DNA from: a virus
Lineage: Duplodnaviria > Heunggongvirae > Uroviricota > Caudoviricetes
Strand: one strand, 5' to 3'
Length of the DNA stretch: 19,072 bases
Virus record (IMG/VR): IMGVR_UViG_2663762908_000007
Each line of letters begins with the position of its first letter. Positions within the stretch are counted from its first letter, which is position 1. The notes under the pieces were generated by a model. That model made no database searches and was not told where the DNA came from. It saw only the letters and a list, made by a program, of their open reading frames with translations. Positions 8,120 to 16,134 of this stretch are shown here, piece by piece. Position numbers and translations under genes: made by a program.

Positions 8120-8980
8120 TTATTCTGGGAGTTTCAGCTTTGGATTGCGAGAATGGACGATTACAAAACTTTCCCGGCCTTTCTTCTCAATTGAACAGTC
8201 GAGATAGCCGATTGTTTTAAGCTGTTCTATCGCTTTCTTAATGATACGGTTTTGCTCGCCAACAGCTGACTGCAAAGCCAGGCGCTCACGGATTCGGGCG
8301 AAAGATAGCGGCAACGGATTCTGCGGAAGGCTTTCGATGAAAGTGTAAATGGCTTGTGCAGCTTCTTTCTTCGGAAGGGCACGCAAGGCGTGGTGTTGCA
8401 ACAGAACGCGATAATCAAGCTGGAACAGCTCCCACAGCTTCGAATCAGCCTCCAGTTCTATCAGATCAAGGTCAGCATCAAAACGCCCGACCTTCAGCAG
8501 ACCAGTCTGATAGCCGCCTTTAGCATCTTTTCCGCGCTTAAAAGCGATACCCTTGTTACGCAAGCGTCCAAGTGATTCATGAATGGTTAAACGCAGTTTC
8601 GCATCCAGACGTTTTGAGGGGAAACCACAGGCTTTAGCGAATTCCTGAAACGATAACTGGATGGTGTTTGAGGACAAGCCGTATTTGCTGAACGCGTAGA
8701 TGACACCGATCCACGTTTTGAAATCAGTATCCATATCGAGTCGAGGACCGGTGATTTTAATATCATCGTAACCCTCGGCTTTAGCTATCTCCAGCTGGGA
8801 AAACGCTTTGGTGGCATCAATCTCTTTACTTTCTCCTTTGCTCTTTGATGGCTTCGGAACGAATACCCCCAAGCGCATCAACGCTACAGGCTGCACAGTG
8901 TTGTTTGAATTAACTGTTAGTTCTTTTGCCTTACTTTCAATGTCTGCGTAAAGAATATCGGATATAAATGATTGATTCAT
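8120..8980 (-). CDS. repA: iteron-binding replication initiator RepA (P1 R-replicon type), 286 aa
   Basis: An ORF of the P1 RepA length, flanked upstream by five direct iterons and downstream by the iteron array, which is the diagnostic incC-repA-incA arrangement. Confidence 0.92.
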   Translation of the reverse strand: MNQSFISDILYADIESKAKELTVNSNNTVQPVALMRLGVFVPKPSKSKGESKEIDATKAFSQLEIAKAEGYDDIKITGPRLDMDTDFKTWIGVIYAFSKYGLSSNTIQLSFQEFAKACGFPSKRLDAKLRLTIHESLGRLRNKGIAFKRGKDAKGGYQTGLLKVGRFDADLDLIELEADSKLWELFQLDYRVLLQHHALRALPKKEAAQAIYTFIESLPQNPLPLSFARIRERLALQSAVGEQNRIIKKAIEQLKTIGYLDCSIEKKGRESFVIVHSRNPKLKLPE

Positions 8981-9036
8981 ATTACTTTTTCCGAATTATG
9001 TGGATAGTTTTTATAAGTGATGATAACTACCCAGGC

Positions 9037-9140
9037 TTTCCCGTCAGCACACATCCTATATCCCGCCAGCACACATTAGCAACCCGTCAGCACACATTTT
9101 TATCCCTCCAGCACACATCGGTTTCCCTCCAGCACACATC
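9037..9140. repeat. incC: incC-like origin iterons (5 direct copies, about 21-bp spacing) containing the repA promoter region
   Basis: CC[C/G][T/C]CAGCACACAT copies at 9037, 9061, 9081, 9101 and 9122, all in the same orientation, immediately upstream of the repA start. Confidence 0.85.
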
Positions 9141-9178
9141 GCGATACACTTCTAAGCCAGACGTGGCGCGGCCTGCAA

Positions 9179-9257
9179 CGATCAGGGATCTATATGGATC
9201 TAATTGGGATCTGTATGGACCTAATTATTGGATCTACTCAGTGGATAATGTGGATAA
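9179..9257. other. oriR core elements: cluster of five GATC (Dam) sites plus two tandem DnaA boxes
   Basis: GATC at 9180, 9187, 9197, 9208 and 9231 within GGATCT-type heptamer repeats. TGTGGATAA (9249-9257) is a perfect DnaA box and AGTGGATAA (9240-9248) has one mismatch. A further TGTGGATAg lies at 8999-9007 between incC and repA. This matches the known P1 oriR architecture. Confidence 0.7.
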
Positions 9258-9260
9258 GTG

Positions 9261-9284
9261 AAAAACCGGCCAACAAAGCCGGTT
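9261..9284 (-). terminator. intrinsic terminator after the truncated gene, insulating oriR
   Basis: On the minus strand AACCGGC-tttgttg-GCCGGTT followed by TTT, a 7-bp stem with a U-run, 15 bp after the stop at 9301-9299. Confidence 0.5.
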
Positions 9285-9298
9285 GGAAGGAAGCTGTA

Positions 9299-9658
9299 TT
9301 ATTCTATGCTTTCGATGAGAAGACCATGTTCATAACATTTAAGCTCATCGCCTTCGTACAGGAATTGGTATCCAATACCACCATCTTCATGGACATTAGG
9401 GAATAACTCATAACTCACTGAAGAGCAAATCACACCAATACAGCGATCAACGCCTTCTCGTTCTTCAGTGCTGAAAAAATCCTCTTCAGTAAGAACATGA
9501 GTACATTGCTCATCAGCATAGGTCGGAAATACATGCTCAATGCAATCCGGGTGTTTTAAACCAAGCTGATCGGCAAGCTCGAAAGCACGACGGTATTGTT
9601 CAGATCCTGGCTTGCCAACAGTGATTTGCTCAATTTTGTAGATTGAAGTCGCTTTGTT
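9299..9658 (-). pseudogene. 5'-truncated ORF (119 codons, no start) interrupted by the IS911-like element
   Basis: Frame open from the IS boundary at 9658 to the TAA at 9301-9299 (...VGKPGSEQYRRAFELADQLGLKHPDCIEHVFPTYADEQC...YEHGLLIESIE). No initiation codon is present because the frame runs into the IS left end at 9659. Absent from the supplied track. Confidence 0.5.
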
Positions 9659-9976
9659 TGAAGTGGCACACTGAATTTGGCCACCTGAACAGAGGTGATA
9701 TGCTCACCTCAGAACAACACAGGTGCTCCAATGAAAAAAAGAAATTTCAGCGCAGAGTTTAAACGCGAATCCGCTCAACTGGTTGTTGACCAGAAATATA
9801 CGGTGGCAGATGCCGCCAAAGCTATGGATGTTGGCCTTTCCACAGTGACAAGATGGGTCAAACAACTGCGTGATGAGCGTCAGGGCAAAACACCAAAAGC
9901 CTCTCCGATAACACCAGAACAAATCGAAATACGTGAGCTGAGGAAAAAGCTACAACGCATTGAAATGGAGAATGAA
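9659..9976 (+). mobile_element. IS911-like (IS3 family) left end: terminal inverted repeat plus the 5' part of orfA
   Basis: Starts with TGAAGTGGCACACTGAATTTGG, the IS3-family terminal TG...CA structure and the IS911 end as I recall it. orfA ([21 protein letters not shown]...) follows at 9731. Identity to IS911 ends at 9976. Confidence 0.8.
9731..9976 (+). CDS. IS3-family transposase OrfA (IS911 InsN-like), 3' end replaced by foreign sequence
   Basis: The translation [82 protein letters not shown] is an HTH plus leucine-zipper OrfA. The track ORF begins 12 codons early at 9695, and its tail ([13 protein letters not shown]) is not OrfA. Confidence 0.75.
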
Positions 9977-10070
9977 TCTACAGCGGCTTTTTTTTTAATA
10001 TGTCCCGTTCGTCGGTAACCCGTTTCAGCTCTTTCTGGAGACGGCGGATCTCGGCCTGAGCATCTGACTG
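9977..10070 (-). mobile_element. fragment of a second, different IS3-family orfA in inverted orientation (contig end)
   Basis: The reverse complement translates to [30 protein letters not shown], the leucine-zipper region of another IS3-family OrfA, joined head-to-head to the IS911 orfA at a shared ATATTAAAAAAAG-like motif. Confidence 0.5.
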
Positions 10071-10099
10071 NNNNNNNNNNTTTCGGCCCCGGTTCTCTT

Positions 10100-10726
10100 T
10101 TATTTCTGCTTCGTTAACGTGTCATAACTGGTCATCAAATTACGATAATCAGGAATGTGGTTAGAGAACAACGTCGCCAGTCCTTCAATATCATTACGCC
10201 AGTCGCGATGCAGCTCGCACGCCACGCCGAACCATGTCATCAATTGCGCACCAGCTTGCGACAAGCGATCCCATGCCGAATGCCGGGTAATTTCATTAAA
10301 GGTCCCTGACGCGTCAGTCACGACAAAGACGTCAAACCCTTCTTCAATGGCTGAAAGCGCCGGGAATGCCACGCAAACTTCGGTTACCACACCGGCAATA
10401 ATTAACTGTTTTTTACCTGTCGCTTTGACAGCTTTTACAAAATCTTCGTTATCCCAGGCGTTAATATTTCCCGGGCGAGCAATGTAAGGTGTATCGGGGA
10501 ATTGTGCTTTCAGTTCTGGAACTAATGGGCCGTTAGGACCGGTTTCAAAACTGGTGGTAAGAATAGTTGGTAAGTTGAAATACTTAGCCAGGTCACCCAG
10601 CGCCAGCACGTTATTTTTAAACTTATCGGGTTCGATATCCCGTACAAGGGAAAGTAAACCAGCCTGGTGATCAACAAGCAAAACGGCAGCATCATTTTTA
10701 TCAAGACGAACATACGGTTTGGTCAT
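10100..10726 (-). CDS. ycaC: isochorismatase-family hydrolase YcaC, 208 aa
   Basis: The translation matches E. coli YcaC as I recall it (MTKPYVRLDKNDAAVLLVDHQAGL...), including the cysteine of the catalytic triad in the VTEVCV region. Confidence 0.9.
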   Translation of the reverse strand: MTKPYVRLDKNDAAVLLVDHQAGLLSLVRDIEPDKFKNNVLALGDLAKYFNLPTILTTSFETGPNGPLVPELKAQFPDTPYIARPGNINAWDNEDFVKAVKATGKKQLIIAGVVTEVCVAFPALSAIEEGFDVFVVTDASGTFNEITRHSAWDRLSQAGAQLMTWFGVACELHRDWRNDIEGLATLFSNHIPDYRNLMTSYDTLTKQK

Positions 10727-11039
10727 CCTCTTCTCCTTTCGAGAGTCAGTGGTACGTCTGAAATCGATCAGACGCGATGCATTGCTCTGAAAGCATAGAC
10801 GGGAAATATGAGTTTGCTGTGACCATGAAATTTTTCGACTGAACGAAGCGTATGAAATTTGTGTTAGTTCAATAAAAACAATCAGATGAGACTAATCATC
10901 TCTTCAGCATTAGCGTTATGAATGAGTAATATAAATCGATAATACCGCCGCTGGGATATCGCGTATTTTCACCCATTGACAATGTTTTTGGCGGTGGCAT
11001 GATGCGCATGAAATTTGAACTTCCTCACGGTTTTAATTC

Positions 11040-12188
11040 ATGTCCACGTATACCCAGCCTGTCATGCTTTTGCTGTCTGGCCTGCTTTTGTTGACTCTGG
11101 CGATTGCGGTGTTAAATACACTCGTGCCGCTTTGGCTCGCCCAGGAACACATGTCCACATGGCAGGTAGGCGTTGTCAGCTCATCCTATTTTACCGGCAA
11201 CCTTGTCGGTACATTGCTGACAGGGTATGTCATTAAGCGCATTGGCTTTAACCGCAGCTATTATCTGGCCTCCTTCATTTTTGCCGCTGGCTGTGCCGGC
11301 CTTGGCCTGATGATTGGATTCTGGAGCTGGTTGGCTTGGCGTTTTGTCGCGGGCGTCGGCTGTGCCATGATTTGGGTGGTTGTTGAGAGCGCGCTGATGT
11401 GCAGTGGGACGTCACGTAACCGTGGGCGTTTGCTTGCTGCGTATATGATGGTTTATTACGTGGGAACGTTTTTAGGCCAGTTACTGGTCAGCAAAGTTTC
11501 AACCGAGCTGATGTCCGTATTGCCGTGGGTTACAGGTTTGACGTTGGCAGGGATCTTACCGCTGTTGTTTACGCGTGTGCTGAATCAGCAGGCTGAAAAC
11601 CATGATTCGACGTCAATTACGTCAATGCTAAAACTCCGTCAGGCGCGGCTTGGCGTGAATGGCTGCATTATCTCAGGAATCGTTCTGGGATCTCTATATG
11701 GCCTGATGCCGCTGTACCTCAATCACAAAGGGGTGAGCAATGCCAGCATTGGTTTCTGGATGGCGGTACTGGTCAGTGCGGGTATCCTTGGACAATGGCC
11801 GATTGGACGTCTGGCGGATAAGTTTGGTCGACTGCTGGTGTTGCGTGTTCAGGTCTTTGTCGTCATTCTCGGCAGTATCGCGATGCTTAGCCAGGCGGCG
11901 ATGGCCCCAGCGTTATTCATCCTCGGTGCCGCTGGCTTTACGCTATATCCGGTGGCGATGGCATGGGCTTGCGAGAAAGTTGAACATCATCAACTGGTGG
12001 CGATGAACCAGGCCTTACTGTTGAGCTATACTGTGGGAAGTCTGCTTGGCCCGTCATTTACCGCTATGCTAATGCAGAATTTCTCCGATAATTTATTGTT
12101 TATCATGATCGCCAGCGTATCGTTTATCTATTTGCTGATGCTGCTGCGCAACGCCGGTCATACGCCGAAACCCGTTGCTCACGTGTAA
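11040..12188 (+). CDS. ycaD: MFS transporter YcaD, 382 aa
   Basis: A 12-TM-like hydrophobic profile, matching E. coli YcaD. Divergent from ycaC as on the E. coli chromosome. Confidence 0.9.
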   Translation: MSTYTQPVMLLLSGLLLLTLAIAVLNTLVPLWLAQEHMSTWQVGVVSSSYFTGNLVGTLLTGYVIKRIGFNRSYYLASFIFAAGCAGLGLMIGFWSWLAWRFVAGVGCAMIWVVVESALMCSGTSRNRGRLLAAYMMVYYVGTFLGQLLVSKVSTELMSVLPWVTGLTLAGILPLLFTRVLNQQAENHDSTSITSMLKLRQARLGVNGCIISGIVLGSLYGLMPLYLNHKGVSNASIGFWMAVLVSAGILGQWPIGRLADKFGRLLVLRVQVFVVILGSIAMLSQAAMAPALFILGAAGFTLYPVAMAWACEKVEHHQLVAMNQALLLSYTVGSLLGPSFTAMLMQNFSDNLLFIMIASVSFIYLLMLLRNAGHTPKPVAHV

Positions 12189-12397
12189 ATGAATTCAAGC
12201 AGAGTGTGAACTTACTGTTTCACACTCTGCTTTTTTGTTTCTTCTATCTGACTTGCTTTATTCCAAATTTTATTCGTTTAAAAATAAAATGTGCAGCAGG
12301 TTATAATTTTGCATTTCGCTATTTCCGCACTTCTTATTTGCCGCGCATAATCCCTCGTTTTACAGATGCCCCTTTAATTTTGGCGAAGGATTTGTCT

Positions 12398-13828
12398 ATG
12401 GCTGGGAATGTTCAGGAAAAACAGTTGCGATGGTACAACATTGCGCTGATGTCTTTTATCACTGTCTGGGGTTTTGGCAACGTTGTTAATAACTATGCCA
12501 ACCAGGGGCTGGTGGTTGTTTTTTCATGGGTGTTTATCTTTGCACTCTATTTCACACCTTATGCGCTAATTGTTGGTCAGTTAGGCTCGACCTTCAAAGA
12601 TGGGAAGGGCGGGGTCAGTACCTGGATTAAACACACGATGGGACCCGGACTGGCTTATCTCGCCGCGTGGACCTACTGGGTGGTGCATATTCCCTATCTG
12701 GCACAAAAACCCCAGGCAATTCTGATTGCGCTCGGTTGGGCGATGAAAGGCGACGGTTCGCTAATCAAAGAATATTCAGTCGTAGCGTTACAGGGGTTAA
12801 CGCTGGTGCTGTTTATCTTCTTTATGTGGGTTGCTTCACGCGGTATGAAATCGCTGAAAATCGTCGGTTCTGTGGCAGGGATTGCTATGTTTGTTATGTC
12901 GCTCCTGTATGTGGCGATGGCGGTAACCGCGCCTGCAATTACTGAAGTGCATATTGCGACCACAAACATTACCTGGGAAACGTTCATTCCTCATATCGAC
13001 TTTACCTACATTACCACTATTTCAATGCTGGTTTTCGCGGTTGGCGGAGCAGAGAAGATTTCTCCTTACGTTAATCAAACGCGCAACCCAGGAAAAGAAT
13101 TTCCAAAAGGGATGTTATGCCTGGCGGTGATGGTTGCGGTTTGTGCCATTCTGGGCTCGCTGGCGATGGGGATGATGTTTGATTCGCGTAATATCCCGGA
13201 TGACTTAATGACCAACGGTCAGTATTACGCCTTTCAGAAGCTGGGCGAGTATTACAACATGGGTAATACTTTAATGGTGATTTACGCCATTGCGAATACC
13301 CTGGGACAAGTAGCGGCGCTGGTATTCTCGATTGATGCCCCGCTTAAAGTGCTATTAGGTGATGCTGACAGCAAATATATTCCAGCCAGTTTATGTCGTA
13401 CCAACGCTTCTGGTACGCCCGTTAATGGCTATTTTCTGACCCTGGTACTGGTGGCGATTCTGATTATGCTGCCGACTCTCGGCATTGGTGATATGAACAA
13501 TCTCTATAAATGGCTGTTGAACCTTAATTCGGTAGTGATGCCGCTGCGTTATTTATGGGTATTTGTTGCATTTATTGCAGTCGTTCGCTTGGCGCAGAAA
13601 TATAAACCAGAATATGTCTTTATTCGTAATAAGCCTCTGGCAATGACCGTCGGGATTTGGTGTTTTGCCTTTACCGCCTTTGCCTGTTTGACGGGGATCT
13701 TCCCGAAAATGGAAGCCTTCACTGCAGAGTGGACCTTCCAGTTGGCGCTGAATGTTGCAACGCCGTTTGTGCTGGTAGGATTAGGACTGATATTCCCGCT
13801 GCTGGCGCGTAAAGCGAATAGTAAATAA
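12398..13828 (+). CDS. ycaM: APC-family amino-acid transporter YcaM, 476 aa
   Basis: The track ORF starts at 12206, but the conserved protein starts at the ATG at 12398 (MAGNVQEKQLRWYNIALMSF...). A polytopic membrane protein. Confidence 0.88.
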   Translation: MAGNVQEKQLRWYNIALMSFITVWGFGNVVNNYANQGLVVVFSWVFIFALYFTPYALIVGQLGSTFKDGKGGVSTWIKHTMGPGLAYLAAWTYWVVHIPYLAQKPQAILIALGWAMKGDGSLIKEYSVVALQGLTLVLFIFFMWVASRGMKSLKIVGSVAGIAMFVMSLLYVAMAVTAPAITEVHIATTNITWETFIPHIDFTYITTISMLVFAVGGAEKISPYVNQTRNPGKEFPKGMLCLAVMVAVCAILGSLAMGMMFDSRNIPDDLMTNGQYYAFQKLGEYYNMGNTLMVIYAIANTLGQVAALVFSIDAPLKVLLGDADSKYIPASLCRTNASGTPVNGYFLTLVLVAILIMLPTLGIGDMNNLYKWLLNLNSVVMPLRYLWVFVAFIAVVRLAQKYKPEYVFIRNKPLAMTVGIWCFAFTAFACLTGIFPKMEAFTAEWTFQLALNVATPFVLVGLGLIFPLLARKANSK

Positions 13829-14069
13829 TTATTGTGGTCGGTGACGCTGACTCTGGCAGATCTGACCCGTTTTTACATAATCGAGAAATGCGCGCAAGCC
13901 GCAGGACATATACTGGCGGTTTGGATAATAGATCTGGAAGCCTGGACGCTCTGTGCTCCAGTCTTCCAGTACACATTCTAAACGACCAGTATCAAGGTAC
14001 TCCTTGATCTGTTCATAGAGCAGATACCCGATACCAGCACCCATCAAAACGGCCTCCAGTTCAGCATCA
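13829..14069 (-). pseudogene. ycaN: 3' remnant (about 80 codons) of the LysR-type regulator gene ycaN, truncated at an IS1 terminus
   Basis: The translation (...LEAVLMGAGIGYLLYEQIKEYLDTGRLECVLEDWSTERPGFQIYYPNRQY...) is a LysR substrate-binding-domain C-terminus. The frame runs directly into the IS1 end at 14070. The gene neighbours ycaM in E. coli. Confidence 0.7.
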
Positions 14070-14134
14070 GGTGATGCTGCCAACTTACTGATTTAGTGTA
14101 TGATGGTGTTTTTGAGGTGCTCCAGTGGCTTCTG
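14070..14134 (+). mobile_element. IS1 terminal inverted-repeat end (contig ends inside IS1)
   Basis: GGTGATGCTGCCAACTTACTGATTTAGTGTATGATGGTGTTTTTGAGGTGCTCCAGTGGCTTCTG is the canonical IS1 terminus. Confidence 0.85.
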
Positions 14135-14144
14135 NNNNNNNNNN

Positions 14145-14277
14145 AGTCGCGGATGAATATGACCAGCCGACGTCCGATATCACGAAGGATAAATGCAGCA
14201 AATGCCTGAGCGGCTGTAAGTTTCGCAATAACGTCGGCAACTTTGGCGGCTTCCTTTCCATTAACAAACTTTCGCAG
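14145..14277 (+). CDS. L: lambdoid tail-tip protein L-like C-terminal fragment (internal to a 133-bp contig)
   Basis: The only open frame gives VADEYDQPTSDITKDKCSKCLSGCKFRNNVGNFGGFLSINKLSQ, a cysteine cluster consistent with the Fe-S-binding C-terminus of lambda gpL. Assignment is from memory only. Confidence 0.45.
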
Positions 14278-14320
14278 NNNNNNNNNNTCCTGAATGATTA
14301 AAGCAGCATAATCCCGCAAG

Positions 14321-14396
14321 GGGTCGTTAGCTCAGTTGGTAGAGCAGTTGACTTTTAATCAATTGGTCGCAGGTTCGAATCCTGCACGACCCACCA
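14321..14396 (+). tRNA. tRNA-Lys (anticodon UUU), complete with CCA
   Basis: GGGTCGTTAGCTCAGTTGGTAGAGCAGTTGACTTTTAATCAATTGGTCGCAGGTTCGAATCCTGCACGACCCACCA is identical to the E. coli tRNA-Lys(UUU) as I recall it. The anticodon loop is CTTTTAA. Confidence 0.95.
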
Positions 14397-14542
14397 GTTT
14401 TAACATCAAACTCAGATGTTAAGCGTGAAGGATAACGTTACGCCAGCAACGGCCCGTAGGGCGAGCGAAGCGAGTCATCCTGCACGAGCCACCAATTTTA
14501 AAGATTGGTTCCGAGTAGAAATCTTTCAGGTAACACCCATAT

Positions 14543-14607
14543 GGGTCGTTAGCTCAGTTGGTAGAGCAGTTGACTTTTAATCAATTGGTCGCAGGTTCGA
14601 ATCCTGC
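14543..14607 (+). tRNA. second tRNA-Lys (UUU) copy, 3' end cut by the N run
   Basis: Identical to the first copy over its first 65 nt and ends at the gap at 14608. The tandem arrangement matches the E. coli lysT-type tRNA operon. Confidence 0.85.
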
Positions 14608-14617
14608 NNNNNNNNNN

Positions 14618-14733
14618 CATCATAGATGCCGCCGTTCATCGCCATCTGCACCTGACCCTGACTATTAATATCCGCCAGCAGAGCATGTAACGTTCCCCAC
14701 GCTTCGCCATTGGCTTTTTGCCAGTACATTTTC
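14618..14733 (-). CDS. unassigned coding fragment, probably prophage-derived
   Basis: Only one of six frames is open across the whole 116-bp contig (KMYWQKANGEAWGTLHALLADINSQGQVQMAMNGGIYD). No confident family assignment. Confidence 0.3.
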
Positions 14734-14743
14734 NNNNNNNNNN

Positions 14744-14971
14744 TGACTGCTCCTGCTCACCGGTCCGGAACACCACCGTGACGCCGGATATATTGGTATT
14801 CCCCTCACTGTCCAGCACCGGCGTACTGTTCAGCAGCACGCTTTTTAATCCGTCCACCGGACCTTCAACCGGCCCTTCGCTGATGGCATCGATCACACTC
14901 AGCAGCTGCGTGGACTTCAGGTTGTCCTTCGCTTCGCGCGGGGTATGCCCCTTACTGCTGCCTTTACCCAT
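14744..14971 (-). CDS. J: lambdoid central tail fibre / host-specificity protein J, N-terminal 76 codons
   Basis: MGKGSSKGHTPREAKDNLKSTQLLSVIDAISEGPVEGPVDGLKSVLLNSTPVLDSEGNTNISGVTVVFRTGEQEQ matches the lambda J N-terminus nearly residue for residue. SD GAGGA lies upstream. Confidence 0.8.
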
Positions 14972-15249
14972 TCCTCACGCTNNNNNNNNNNTATTAACAG
15001 AGACCGTAGCCCGACGGGGAACTCCTTCTGCGAGAGTGTGCGGGAATAATCAAAAACGATGCACACCGGGTTTTTACCGCGTTTATGGTTCGCGGGTTTG
15101 TCCCTCATGCTCGCCAGTCCTGTGCGGGGGTGGAAGAAACAGGACACTTACACAGATTCTTGTGGGCACGATGCTATGCCTTTCTGGATTATCCCGATGC
15201 CATTCATGCAAGGCGTTGTATCAGACGTTCGTCAGAGCTGTCAGGCTGA

Positions 15250-15468
15250 CGGGTCCTCCCGGTGGGGTGGCCTGCCACGGGGCGGGAGCGTCGCGGGTTT
15301 TCGCTATTTATGAAAATTTTCCGGTTTAAGGCGTTTCCGTTCTTCTTCGCCGTAACTTACTGTTTTTATTTAAAACACCCCCTGAAAAGAAAGGAAACGA
15401 CAGGTGCTGAAAACAGGCCTTTTGGCCTCTGTCGTTTCCTTTCTCTGTTTTTGTCCGTGGAATGAACA
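15250..15468 (+). other. cos: lambdoid cos region (cosQ, cosN, cosB) upstream of nu1
   Basis: ACGGGGCGGGAGCGTCGCGGGTTTTCGCTATTTATGAAAATTTTCCGGTTTAAGGCGTTTCCGTTCTTCTTCG... is collinear with the lambda left end, but the 12-nt cohesive-end segment reads GGGCGGGAGCGT here versus GGGCGGCGACCT in lambda as I recall it. Confidence 0.7.
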
Positions 15469-15677
15469 ATGGAAGTCAACAAAAAGCAGCTGGCTGACAT
15501 TTTCGGTGCGAGTATCCGTACCATTCAGAACTGGCAGGAGCAGGGAATGCCCGTTCTGCGAGGCGGTGGCAAGGGTAATGAGGTGCTTTATGACTCTGCC
15601 GCCGCCATAAAATGGTATGCCGAAAGGGATGCTGAAATTGAGAACGAAAAGCTGCGCCGGGAAGTTGAAGAACTGCG
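15469..15677 (+). CDS. nu1: terminase small subunit Nu1, N-terminal fragment
   Basis: MEVNKKQLADIFGASIRTIQNWQEQGMPVLRGGGKGNEVLYDSAAAIKWYAERDAEIENEKLRREVEEL matches lambda Nu1 (winged HTH). Cut by the gap at 15678. Confidence 0.85.
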
Positions 15678-15754
15678 NNNNNNNNNNCGTTCGTGTCCGT
15701 AAAACTGGCGTAATCATGGCCCTTCGGGGCCATTTTCTCTCTGTGGAGGAGTCC

Positions 15755-16124
15755 ATGACGAAAGATGAACTGATTGCCCGTCTTCAGGTGCTGGGTGAGC
15801 AACTGAACCGTGATGTCAGCCTGACGGGGACGAAAGAAGAACTGGCACTCCGTGTGGCAGAGCTGGAAGAGGAGCTTGATGACACGGATGACGCTGCCGG
15901 TCAGGACACATCTGTCAGCCCGGAAAATGCGCTGACCGGACATGAAAATGAGGTTGTATCAGCGCAGCCGGATACCGTGATTGATACGGCTGATCTGGTC
16001 ACGGTTGTGGCACTGGTGACGCTGCATACTGATGCACTTCACGCCACGCGGGATGAGGCTGTGGCATTTGTGCTGCCGGGAACGGCGTTTCGTGTCTCTG
16101 CCGGTGTGGCAGCCGAAATGACAG
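15755..16124 (+). CDS. FI: lambdoid DNA-packaging protein FI, near-complete (3' cut by gap)
   Basis: MTKDELIARLQVLGEQLNRDVSLTGTKEELALRVAELEEELDD... matches lambda gpFI. SD GGAGGA at 15745-15750. Confidence 0.8.
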
Positions 16125-16134
16125 NNNNNNNNNN

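Noticed and set aside
7804-8220. Plus-strand ORFs (138, 90 and 92 aa) with repetitive C/W/R/E/G-rich translations
   Set aside because: They are read-through of the incA iteron array (repeated GATGTGTGCTGGAGGGA translates as CWREG...). Repeats generate spurious open frames, and there are no start signals.
7867-9140. Possible CRISPR array (short direct repeats)
   Set aside because: The repeats are 19 bp with only 2-15 bp between copies and mixed orientation, they flank a rep gene, and they match P1 iterons. There are no spacer-sized unique inserts and no leader.
8968-9406. Plus-strand ORFs 8968-9261 and 9194-9406
   Set aside because: They overlap the incC iterons, GATC cluster, DnaA boxes and a terminator, and their translations are low-complexity. 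The origin-region signals explain the sequence better.
10071-10099. P1-like plasmid integrated next to ycaC (apparent junction of IS to the chromosome)
   Set aside because: The two sides are separated by a 10-N contig spacer. There is no sequence evidence of a physical junction, and the P1-type replicon implies an extrachromosomal element.
12206-12397. Upstream extension of ycaM (track ORF starts at 12206)
   Set aside because: The extension is AT-rich promoter-like sequence with a hydrophobic low-complexity translation. The conserved protein begins at the ATG at 12398 (MAGNVQEKQ...).
14044-14319. Minus-strand 91-aa ORF spanning two N runs
   Set aside because: The frame crosses gaps at 14135-14144 and 14278-14287 (X residues), so it is not a real contiguous ORF. 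The left part is the IS1 end.
14992-15329. Plus-strand ORFs 14718-15329 and 15059-15313
   Set aside because: They cover the non-coding right-end region of the lambdoid prophage and the cos site, and the first also crosses gaps. The cos region is collinear with lambda non-coding DNA.
15370-15943. Minus-strand ORFs 15370-15756 and 15476-15943
   Set aside because: They are antisense to the well-supported Nu1 and FI fragments and cross the N run at 15678-15687.
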